DNA of 63,056 nt, filler included, from Collodictyon triciliatum (lineage: Eukaryota), in NCBI GenBank assembly GCA_043381765.1. It is 12 parts of 12 records of this genome, joined end to end, with 100 filler letters (N's around TTAATTAATTAA, not from the genome) between each part and the next. Parts side by side here need not be neighbours in the genome. Positions count along the whole stretch, not along the records: positions 11,137 to 16,602 come from JBHJMP010005175.1; positions 16,703 to 22,161 come from JBHJMP010005176.1; positions 22,262 to 27,727 come from JBHJMP010005177.1; 9 more parts are not named here. One strand, written 5' to 3'. Below are positions 14,301 through 23,325 of the stretch, one piece after another; the first letter of the stretch is position 1; each line of letters starts with the position of its first letter. The notes below the pieces were generated by a model. That model worked only from the letters and a program-made list of their open reading frames with translations, did not search any database and was not told where the DNA came from. A program made the position numbers and the translations under genes.

Positions 14301-16396
14301 TGTTTTGTTTTGTTTTGTTTTGTTTTGTTTTGTTTTGTTTTGTTTTGTTTTGTTTTGTTTTGTTTTGTTTTGTTTTGTTTTGTTTTGTTTTGTTTTGTTT
14401 TGTTTTGTCTTNNNNNNNNNNNNNNNNNNNNNNNNNNNNNNNNNNNNNNNNNNNNNNNNNNNNNNNNNNNNNNNTGTTTTGTTTTGTTTTGTTTTGTTTT
14501 GTTTTGTTTTGTTTTGTTTTGTTTTGTTTTGTTTTGTTTTGTTTTGTTTTGTTTTGTTTTGTTTTGTTTTGTGTTATCTTGTCTACCCGCAAAATCCCAA
14601 TTAGATCTTTATGTTTCTGGGCGATAATATGCCATGCAGTATCATATATCATTTGTGTGGCACCAAGAAAAGTAATAAGGCGATTATATCATTCCATTCA
14701 TAGAGCCATACTTTGAGCAGAAGTGCTCCTTGAAGCTGTCTGCATTTTGCTCGTTTGCAATTGTATCCAAAGTGTCGATTGTGCATCGCTCCACAAGAAC
14801 AAAATCTCCCTAAATGTAGAGAGAAAGGTGAGGAAAAGGTAAATGTAAGGAATAAAATGTTGAGAAGGGAATAGGAAGGATGTACTGCTTAATAAAATAG
14901 CAATATATGGGTGTTTGTGGATACCGCAAACTGATATATGTACTCACCGTCTCTTCGGCTTCACGCTCAATCATACTGAAGTAAAGGTTCAATCCAACAT
15001 CTTTCAAGTGGCTGTTGTCAGACTGTATTGATGAAAGAGCCGTGTCAAGGAAATGTAATAAAAATAACCGTCATGGATGACCCACACAGAAGCATATTAT
15101 TAATATTTTCTACATAATCGAACATTACGCGAATAAGCTCCAAGAAGGGATTTACTAACACTTGAATGAATTTCATTTGATGGGAGCCTGTGACATGATA
15201 TTCAAGGATATCAATCAATAATATCAGCCGTTAGAAATAAAAATATCACATATTGTATTGGGGAAATGAACTGAAAAACATACCCAAAATACTCCACATT
15301 TGCTGAAGAAGCGCCGAACTCTCCTTGCGCAAGTCGCCATACCTATACGAAAAATAAACTGGTTTGGTATAGTTCATGTGACATTAAAACATAACTCGAA
15401 ACGCTCTACAGAGGATTCAAGCAAACTTCGGTGGAATGCATGAGCATACCTTTCCAAAAGTTGAGACTGCTTGAATGCAGAGAAAGACTCCAGCTGGAGG
15501 GCTTTGGCATTCAAAAATGCCACTTCCAGTAGGAAATACTATGATTTGAAATTTTTTTTAATAAATATTGCATAATATCCAATCGGAATTAAATCTCATA
15601 GAACCAAAAAAAGACGTAATTTTTTTTAAAAAAAAAAAAACTTACACGATTCCATATAGATTCATCGAACTGTTCGCCATGAAGAAACGTTCCCTGAATC
15701 GATTCACACGACAAGCGCAACACTTTATATATAATTAGATATGAGAACAACCGGTCGTGTTGAGGGAAAAAAAAAAAGCATCCCTGCGACGAAATAAATC
15801 ATAAGGGGGCTTTGGCGAAGACTACAGAAATAAGCACCTTTAAGAATCACAGAGTATTGAAGCATGCACATTACGAGCCAATGTTCGGGATATGTGCGCC
15901 CAACCAAAAATGACTGAGATGCTTCAAGTAAGTTGTGCAGATATTCCTAGAGGAAATAAAAGCACAGGAGACACGAGTTGGTTGAATATTAAACTCAGGT
16001 AACCCCGTTATATTGAAGCTTTGCTCGAGTCGTATGCGAATCTTATGTTGCCCCACCCTCTTTTCTTCGCGACTGTTCAGGCTGTTCCACATTTCAGCAT
16101 ACTCGCTGTCGGTTAGCAAATGCAGCAATGATATCAAGCACTACAATTTTGTGGAAGAAAGAACTCACAATCGACCATAAGATAATCAAATATTTATGAT
16201 AGATATAAGAAGCTCTATTTTTACGTATGACGGAATACAATTCACAGACGATTGGAAATGCACACAGAAAAATTAAATCTTGAAGAATTTTTTGTGGTGG
16301 AAATTAATTAAACTTACAGTAATTAGAGGAAGGCGAGACTTTTGCTCCTTGTCATTCAGAGACTCTTTGTCTTCGAGCTTGTTGATTCCCTTGATG
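11307..16396 (-). CDS. DOCK180-family (DOCK1-5-like) Rac guanine nucleotide exchange factor, internal fragment covering the DHR-2 domain
   Basis: Characteristic DHR-2 segments lie in successive exons: AGFALLLHGELLNW, RFYAEYFRVAYFGRGFP..YQGKEFVYRGYELEKISEF..RIQNKFPNAEIM, ELSPVENAAKSV, SMLLNG-MIDAAVNGGV-KY. Both gene ends are outside the contig. Confidence 0.9.
14291..14571. repeat. (TTTTG)n microsatellite in a DOCK intron, with internal N gap
   Basis: Pure pentanucleotide array on both sides of the gap. Confidence 0.95.
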
Positions 16397-16702
16397 ACTG
16401 AAGGAAGCAAGTATGTTAGCTGGTGCACAGTGACGCCACTAGCCGGATTCTAAGATTGGATAGCAAATGGGCTGGTATTAATTCCAAATGACATGTATGT
16501 CGAAAAAGAAAGAAAATTGCAATTTCGCGTTTTTTTTTTTTTGGCTTTTTTTTTTTGTTTTTTTTTTGGCTTTTTTTTTTTTTGTTTTTTTTTTTTTTTT
16601 TTNNNNNNNNNNNNNNNNNNNNNNNNNNNNNNNNNNNNNNNNNNNNTTAATTAATTAANNNNNNNNNNNNNNNNNNNNNNNNNNNNNNNNNNNNNNNNNN
16701 NN

Positions 16703-16826
16703 AAAGGAAAAGGAAAAGGAAAAGGAAAAGGAAAAGGAAAAGGAAAAGGAAAAGGAAAAGGAAAAGGAAAAGGAAAAGGAAAAGGAAAAGGAAAAGGAAA
16801 CGGAAAAGGAAAAAGGAAAAAGAAAA
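16703..16826. repeat. (GGAAAA)n microsatellite, host-intron type, at the left end of the virus-containing contig
   Basis: Hexamer array of the same type as the host repeat at ~6105-6150. Confidence 0.9.
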
Positions 16827-16862
16827 GATGGAAACGGAGATGGAAAGAAAAAAGGGACTTAC

Positions 16863-16901
16863 CAAAGCAACCTTACTGGAAGGCACTTTATGGGTGGCCA
16901 T
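16863..16901 (-). CDS. Possible first coding exon of a host gene (MATHKVPSSKVAL|intron)
   Basis: An ATG at 16901 is followed by a canonical G|GTAAGT donor at 16862 that runs into a pyrimidine-rich microsatellite intron. GC-rich sequence lies upstream. Confidence 0.35.
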
Positions 16902-17479
16902 GGGGCAGTATCCTATGCGGGGCAGAGGAAGCGTTGTTGTTGGCTGCAGAGCAGAAACCAGAGTCCGTGCGGGTCAAGCAGAGGCTGATTTGTGGATGGG
17001 AGTGATCAGTCGGATGGGGAGGCAGAGGGCGCAAGAAAACAGCGCGTGGAAGGAGGCCCCGCAGGGCTGCGGATCGCGTGGGGCAGCGGCGAGAGAGGCC
17101 GCTCTGTGCACTCAGCCTGCTTCTCGAGTCAGGTTTGTTCGGGCGGCACCGCGCGCCGCGGGGGACTCGGTCTATTTGCCATTGGTGACCGTCTTGCGGC
17201 GCACGGCGCTTCCTCTTTCTGCCGGGCTGGCCATATCCCTTTGGGTGCTTCACAAGCGCTGCCGTTGCGCGCACATTCCCGTGGCCGTTCCCCACCAACA
17301 CCCCACTCTGCCAAGGGGACGGCAATATCTAAGGCCCCCGGCTCGAGCCGCTACAATTAGCAGCTAGTTTAGTGCTTTCCCTAAGCGTCGCTAACCCCTT
17401 GCAAGAGACCAATAAGGAAAAAAATACCGTATATCCAGCCGAATCCGGTCAAATTGCCGGTGCGCACGCGGCCACACCT

Positions 17480-17841
17480 TGGGTATTATAATTTTGCTCC
17501 GCGGCCGTTCTGGTCGTGTTCTGTAACTTATATAGAAAATAGGGATTTTGGGACATTTTCAATCAAAACTATATAAAAATGATTCAATATGGACGAGACA
17601 CTCTGGGTTTTATAATTTTGCTCCGCGGCCGTTCTGGTCGTGTTCTGTAACTTATATAGAAAATAGGAATTTTGGGATATTTTCAATCAAAACTATATAA
17701 AAATGATTCAATATGGACGAGACACTCTGGGTTTTATAATTTTGCTCCGCGGCCGTTCTGGTCGTGTTCTGTATCTTATATAGAAAATAGGAATTTTGGG
17801 ATATTTTCAATAAAAACTCCATAAAAATGATTCAATATGGA
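17480..17841. repeat. 124-bp tandem repeat, ~2.9 near-identical copies
   Basis: TTATAATTTTGCTCCGCGGCCGTTCTGGTCGTGTTCTGTA begins at 17486, 17610 and 17734. Copies differ by only a few substitutions. Confidence 0.95.
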
Positions 17842-17854
17842 TGTATTCCATTAA

Positions 17855-18082
17855 ATGGTTAAAATCTATTTGTGGAATTCTTTGTCATTGTGGCTCGAAT
17901 TTTTTTCCTTTATTCGATATTGTAGCTCGAATTATAATTATGCAAATCTTATTTTCGCCAACTACACTACACATCGAGGCTACATCTCATTTTCTTGGTC
18001 TCTCAAACACGCTGCAGTTACACAATTACTAACAGCATATCGAAAGCAGGTGAATATTTCTGGACCACAAAGGTATACCTAG
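17855..18082 (+). CDS. Possible small viral ORF (75 aa)
   Basis: An ATG-started ORF convergent with 18238..18663, with a strong hairpin between the two stops. No homology recognised. Confidence 0.3.
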   Translation: MVKIYLWNSLSLWLEFFSFIRYCSSNYNYANLIFANYTTHRGYISFSWSLKHAAVTQLLTAYRKQVNISGPQRYT

Positions 18083-18113
18083 TATTTCCATAATTTTATC
18101 TAAAATTAATAAA

Positions 18114-18156
18114 TGTCGTATTATCACCTCTATATTATATAGGTGATAATACGACA
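18114..18156. terminator. Perfect 16-bp inverted repeat (stem extends to 19/20 bp with a 3-nt loop) between convergent ORFs
   Basis: TGTCGTATTATCACCT (18114-18129) is the exact reverse complement of AGGTGATAATACGACA (18141-18156). Terminator function is inferred. Confidence 0.6.
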
Positions 18157-18237
18157 GCCAGCCCCCAACCCTGCGTTTTTCAACCCTTTATATACTGTTC
18201 TTTCCCGCTTATTCATACTATATATGGAAGTGTGGTT

Positions 18238-18663
18238 TTATTCAGCGTGTAAGTCACGCATTATCATCACGAGACGAATCAACAGCATCTTGGTTAACTT
18301 GTACATCTCGCGCTTCTGTGCTTGTGTAACTTCCGGCGGCACATTCAAGCATCCCCAAGCAGCACGTCTAGTAGCATTCATTAATTCATTTAGTTGTCCT
18401 TGAGTAATATCATCGCCTGGACCAGTGCCATTGAAATGCACGTGAACCCTGATGACATCTTCCATTCTTGTCCTCCACACTGCTCGGGTCCTGCCATCCC
18501 CCACTGACAGCGTTGCATAGTCGTCCCACTTAATTGTATAGCTACCATCAGCGCCTAGTAACACAATCTCGTAATCATTCGTGCCAGTATTGTGCACAGT
18601 GTCCATAAACTTATAATTGTCTCCGTCAATGAAACGAATGTAAAAGTTTCCTTCTGGTGCCAT
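18238..18663 (-). CDS. Viral hypothetical protein (141 aa)
   Basis: Intronless ATG-started ORF with globular-protein composition inside the PLV region. Confidence 0.7.
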   Translation of the reverse strand: MAPEGNFYIRFIDGDNYKFMDTVHNTGTNDYEIVLLGADGSYTIKWDDYATLSVGDGRTRAVWRTRMEDVIRVHVHFNGTGPGDDITQGQLNELMNATRRAAWGCLNVPPEVTQAQKREMYKLTKMLLIRLVMIMRDLHAE

Positions 18664-18715
18664 TGTTGCTTCGCTCTCTAAGAATTTAATAGTTAGTAAT
18701 TATCTAGCTAATGTT

Positions 18716-18748
18716 TTGATTTGTAGTATAACAAATACAACAAATCAA
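18716..18748. terminator. Hairpin, 13/14-bp stem with 5-nt loop, just downstream of the 49-aa ORF stop
   Basis: TTGATTTGTAGTAT (18716-18729) pairs with ATACAACAAATCAA (18735-18748) with one mismatch. Function is inferred. Confidence 0.5.
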
Positions 18749-18756
18749 TTTTATAC

Positions 18757-18906
18757 CTACGGATGTAATAAATCTTTTTCACTTTTAAATTCAACACTAC
18801 CCCCGCAACAACTTGACCGCTTCAAATGATCGACTGTGTATTTCCAGACTCTCTCAACAACTAAAACACAAGTCATCAACAAAGATATAATAGTAATTGG
18901 TTCCAT
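18757..18906 (-). CDS. Small viral membrane protein (49 aa), below the ORF-track cutoff
   Basis: Translates as MEPITIISLLMTCVLVVERVWKYTVDHLKRSSCCGGSVEFKSEKDLLHP*: an N-terminal hydrophobic helix followed by a basic KRSSCCG motif. It has a TCT motif upstream and a hairpin after the stop. Confidence 0.6.
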   Translation of the reverse strand: MEPITIISLLMTCVLVVERVWKYTVDHLKRSSCCGGSVEFKSEKDLLHP

Positions 18907-19056
18907 ACATACATTGAGAAATTATTATAGCTTTTTACATAAATAAATTACATAAGCCAACACCTGACGCAATACAGAAATAAATCGTAAAGCAAAAAGC
19001 CAACATAGACACATCATAAAACACCCACATTTTCCTTTCATAACTTAGTCAATAAT

Positions 19057-20637
19057 TTATTCCACACGGAAAGTTTGCTGGTTCGACTGAATCTCTAGGA
19101 CGGCATCGTACAAACTAGCCACCACCATCGTATAGGCAACATCATCCGGACCATCGCCCTCCCATTCTAAACGCAATGTCATCAATCCTGAGCCGGAAGA
19201 CTGAATATCCACTCCAACGATCTCCGACTCGACTGCATCGAGTACCTTTCTTAAATTAAAACCTAAAACAAACTCCGTGCACGGCGAACCTCCAGCCTCT
19301 GCGGCAAACCTAACAGCTTGGGCTAGAGTTGTTGGATCTGTAGCACCGTCCTGCTGTTTAATACTAGCATAATTAGCACCGTACGCTAAACCCCCATTGC
19401 CTGTGTAAGGCGCAGATACTGCCACGCCATTTTCATTTAGTAATGCAGCCGGAGAACCAGCCGCAAAACCACCAGGATCTGCTGCAGCTCCTAACAGATT
19501 CTGTGTCGTTTGTCTATGAGGCGTGTGATACCGAGATCCATGAAACCCAAAAGGTCCAGTGTATTCAGAACGCACAAAGGTCAAGCCCAACGCTTTCTGT
19601 AGCTCTAAGAACGCCTGGCAAGCATTACCCTTAGTCGACATACTCTGAAGGGGATAATAAAATGAGCCAAGCTGAAGCTGAGCACTAATAAGATTTGGCG
19701 GCTTGTGCTTTCTGTCTTTTCCCGCTATTGTGATTTTATTCTGTTCGTCCTGGCGAAAGAAAGCAACAAAGACAGCATTCAAAGATTTCACTGTGTCATT
19801 GATATTGAACGTGTGCATCGTGGTCGGGGTTCCAGGAATCGAGAACAATGATGTGCGCCAAGTCTTATATGGAATCTGAAGCGGTACTCCTCGTGAAATA
19901 CTAGACTGAAGCTGAGCGTGATATTCAGGCGCCATCCGAACCAAGTCATAGCTCAAGAAACACTTTGTTAATTTGTAACTTACGTTAGCTGGAGCAGATC
20001 CCGCTGTTGCTACTGCGTCAGTTCGGTTTACCTGAATACACTCGGGACTTGGTGCAAGCTCGATTTGAAATTGGAACGCTGAGACACTATCAATCAATGA
20101 AGTCGAAATCAGTCCCGAGTAATTCGATATACCTGAAAGTCTAAACGGTATACAGTAATTCTTCGCAGAGGTACTAACAATACCACTAGCCGGAGCAGTC
20201 ACTGACTGAACTCTGTTATAGTAATTGTCAATTCCCATCATCGCCGCACCCACACATTTGTTGTAGTCGTCTGAAATATAGTTCATAAAAATAGAGTCCA
20301 AAAAATTATACCGCTGTATGTCTTCCAAGAGAAACGACGTCCCCTTTCTTATCTGTAGAGTTTGGATAATTGATTCTATTGAATTCAAAAACGTAACATT
20401 ATATACACCACCATTAGCAGCATCTAGAAGTGTAATTTCTGCGTCAAAGTGCAACATAAGCGTATCAAGGTCTATTTCCATACCTGTCTCACTCGGTATG
20501 TTAAACATTATTCTATCCACATTTCTTGGACCAAAATCTGCTCCGTTAAATGGTGATATTCTCGTAGTGTGGCGAGCTAAAACTTTGTCATTGTAGTTTC
20601 TGATTTTCATATACTTGGCTTCGCTAGGGTACTCCAT
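19057..20637 (-). CDS. Major capsid protein, Polinton-like virus type (double jelly-roll), 526 aa, intact
   Basis: The motif order matches PLV MCPs as I recall them: RISPFNGADF-GP...IMFNIP...IDLDTLMLHF; LLEDIQRYNFL; YCIPF; YKLTKCFLSYDLV; KSLNAVFVAF; QLQLGSFYYP; AFLELQKALG; FVLGFNL; LYDAVLEI. The sequence is beta-rich, intronless and free of stops. Confidence 0.85.
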   Translation of the reverse strand: MEYPSEAKYMKIRNYNDKVLARHTTRISPFNGADFGPRNVDRIMFNIPSETGMEIDLDTLMLHFDAEITLLDAANGGVYNVTFLNSIESIIQTLQIRKGTSFLLEDIQRYNFLDSIFMNYISDDYNKCVGAAMMGIDNYYNRVQSVTAPASGIVSTSAKNYCIPFRLSGISNYSGLISTSLIDSVSAFQFQIELAPSPECIQVNRTDAVATAGSAPANVSYKLTKCFLSYDLVRMAPEYHAQLQSSISRGVPLQIPYKTWRTSLFSIPGTPTTMHTFNINDTVKSLNAVFVAFFRQDEQNKITIAGKDRKHKPPNLISAQLQLGSFYYPLQSMSTKGNACQAFLELQKALGLTFVRSEYTGPFGFHGSRYHTPHRQTTQNLLGAAADPGGFAAGSPAALLNENGVAVSAPYTGNGGLAYGANYASIKQQDGATDPTTLAQAVRFAAEAGGSPCTEFVLGFNLRKVLDAVESEIVGVDIQSSGSGLMTLRLEWEGDGPDDVAYTMVVASLYDAVLEIQSNQQTFRVE

Positions 20638-20647
20638 AACATTACCT

Positions 20648-20651
20648 TAGA
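20648..20651 (-). promoter_or_regulatory. Candidate late-promoter motif TCTA at -14..-11 of the MCP start codon
   Basis: The minus strand reads AAATTAATTTCTAAGGTAATGTT-ATG. Similar TCT motifs lie at -13..-11 of the ATGs at 18906 and 21175. Confidence 0.45.
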
Positions 20652-20815
20652 AATTAATTTCAAATCAAACGCGTTCACCTGGACACCTGGACACCCCCTT
20701 TTCAAACTTTTTAAAATTCTGGACCTTCGGCCTTTTTCAAAAAAAAAAGGGGAAGGTCGGTATGAATTATTATTTTTAGAGGGTGTTCTAGTAAGGGTGT
20801 CCTAGGAGGTGTCCT

Positions 20816-21175
20816 TTATCTAAACCTGAGTTCCCTACCGTGAGTTGTTAATGCATAAGCCTGCCCTAAATCATGGATGCCGGAACCCAGTGATTTGGTG
20901 TTTATCTTTTTCAGGTCCATTTCTCCTAAAGTACTCAAACCCCGTCCCAAGTAATTAGCTGCTTTGATGCTAGAGACCAAAGGGTTGGTAAATGTTTGGA
21001 TGGCTGGCTTTACTCCACTTGTTGTAAGTAGATTATCAACCAACCCCATACTCGCATCGTCTAGTCTGTTATATGCGTCGTTAAGTCCCTCCAATCTTTG
21101 AATAGCTCTGTTAGTTGATGTGGTAAGAAATCTACCTACTCCTCGTGCTCCTCGTTGTGCGTAATTAACAATCAT
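20816..21175 (-). CDS. Viral hypothetical protein (119 aa), Gly/Ala/Leu/Arg-rich and likely helical; candidate virion core or membrane-active protein
   Basis: Intronless ORF directly upstream of and co-oriented with the MCP. Function is inferred from composition only. Confidence 0.7.
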   Translation of the reverse strand: MIVNYAQRGARGVGRFLTTSTNRAIQRLEGLNDAYNRLDDASMGLVDNLLTTSGVKPAIQTFTNPLVSSIKAANYLGRGLSTLGEMDLKKINTKSLGSGIHDLGQAYALTTHGRELRFR

Positions 21176-21195
21176 ACATTTCCCAAGATAAAAAT

Positions 21196-22161
21196 ATGAG
21201 CTTGTTTATGGGATCTAAAGAATTCAATCAGAAACTATTTGAAGAAAATATAAAAAACATCAGAGCGTATGAATTAGAAGCTGAGCAAATACCCAAAGTA
21301 ATGAAAGAGTTGTATATCACAATATTTCCTAAAGGAAAATCAAAATCTATCGAAGCAGCACTTATGATGCGAATTGCTAGTTTGCAATACCCCCACAAAA
21401 ATCCTAGTAAGTCGTATAAACTTGCAGCAGATGCTTTTATGGCATCGAGATCATCTAGTGAATTTTTTAGATTGTATGCAGATGGTCCTGCTCCAGGTGT
21501 TCCAGTTACCACAGATAACTTTATAAGAGCATTGGCAAATTTATTAACAACACAAGGAAAAATTTATAAAGAGGATACTGTAGAAAAATACAATCCTCAA
21601 TCACGTTTAAAGTTACAGCGTGATGATGATACTGAAGACGTTGATCTTATTACTCCTGCTCCATCAAAAGCATCTTCTCGTGCAAGTAATATTAGTACTA
21701 GGACAGAAATAGCAGAATATGATAAAGCAAAGTCTTCAGAAGGTTTATATGTAGATCCTACTGAGGGACTTGATGATCCCGAGTCAGATGACGAAGCCCA
21801 ATCAGATGGCGAAACAGGTCAGATCAATGAATTTAAAGAAATAGACCCAGACCAATTAGATGCAGACCAAGAAGCAAAAGAAAAAGGTTATCAATCCGCC
21901 GAGTCGGGCTCACCAGAAGGCTCACCAGACAAATTATTAAATGTATCAGATGTATCAGCAGTCAGTGTTGAGGAACCAAAAGCGGCAGAAGAAGAAGAAG
22001 AAGACGATGAAAATACAGTTACATTAGACCCTGACCAAATCAATCTTCGTTATGGTCTGCTTCGAAATACTATTTCAACCAGCACCAAAGAAATTTTTGT
22101 TTTGGGTTACTTACAAAAACGCAAAAACCTTGTACCAGTTCCTACACATATTCACTTACTT
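21196..22161 (+). CDS. Viral hypothetical protein (at least 322 aa, 3'-truncated) with a long acidic disordered region
   Basis: Intronless ORF divergent from 21175 with only 20 bp between the start codons. It has an Asp/Glu-rich segment and runs into the contig end. Confidence 0.75.
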
Positions 22162-22297
22162 NNNNNNNNNNNNNNNNNNNNNNNNNNNNNNNNNNNNNNN
22201 NNNNNTTAATTAATTAANNNNNNNNNNNNNNNNNNNNNNNNNNNNNNNNNNNNNNNNNNNNTTGATGAGTAATCCTCCCCCCCCCCCCCCCCCCCCC

Positions 22298-22332
<35 letters not shown>

Positions 22333-22347
22333 CTTCTTTTTTTTTTA

Positions 22348-22378
<31 letters not shown>

Positions 22379-23325
22379 TAGTAAAACATATTTTCTTTAG
22401 TCAAATTACTAGTGCCTAATCATTAAAGACGAATCATAGTAAATGATGTGCTTCGAGAGTCTTTTGCAAAGCAGTCTTTTCTTTTCTGTAAATATATACC
22501 CGAATTCAATAATGCCGAATAATCCGTGGGTAATGCACTGGGTAAGCGTGATATCAGTATACTAGAAAAAAATTGGACCCATTCAATCAAAAATCATGAT
22601 TATGCTTATTTTACGCGCTCGAAATGAACTCCTTTTATTAAAGTTGTCTGAATCATACTTTCATAATTACTTCTCTCATTTGAGAATGATTGTAAGTTAG
22701 TCGTGTAAAACAGAATCGCAGTGGCCGCCTTTGTGCGGGCTGTAGGTATCTTCTGCGATATAGGGCATACTTCATTCCACCCTGCAATGTCAATATCCAA
22801 TCATGGAATACCCACATGTGAGCCACCTCTGGCGCGGCATTTCGTCACTTGTCGACATATACACCCCCACTGCTCCATTTATATACGGAAAAAGGGTGAT
22901 GGGCTTTGCGGAAACTTCTGATTCAGAAAAGCGATGCAGCACCTGATTCAACCTCCCCATGGAAAAATCTCGTCCCCCACGGAAAAATCTCGCACTCGCA
23001 TCAAACCGGGCTAGCATCACCTTATCCCGTTTTTCCCAGCGACAAACTGAACTTCCCAAATCCCGGCGGAAGAGGAACAATCAAGTTCATGTTTGATCGC
23101 AATGCCGATTCAATCGATCCACACCCGCTCGCCAACTCTCTCGCGCGGCCTTCTTCGACTATTCAACCAGAGTTCCACATGCCAAACTGAACCACCCTCG
23201 TGTTTTCTCCATGTCGCAGGAAACCCCACGGGAGTCTGATCAGCCTGCGCACCTAGTAAAAAAAAAAAGAGAAAGAGAAGAACATCTCAAAGCCGCCGCA
23301 AAGAGACAAGCACACACAAGGAAAA

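Larger units (their letters stand above)
17456..22161. mobile_element. Endogenous Polinton-like virus (PLV) fragment; right side cut by the contig end, left boundary approximate
   Basis: Intronless, microsatellite-free, tightly packed ORFs including a PLV-type major capsid protein, plus a 124-bp tandem repeat. This contrasts sharply with the intron-rich host genes. Confidence 0.85.

Noticed and set aside
16828-17367. Overlapping 120-180 aa ORFs on both strands of the GC-rich segment
   Set aside because: They are open because of high GC content and show no recognisable protein features. The segment is more likely UTR/promoter or element terminus.
17480-17841. CRISPR-like array
   Set aside because: The whole 124-bp unit is repeated, with no unique spacers and no cas genes.
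17899-17918. 20-bp inverted match to 45841-45860 (ATCGAATAAAGGAAAAAAAT)
   Set aside because: It is AT-rich with a homopolymer run and does not extend, so it is probably chance.
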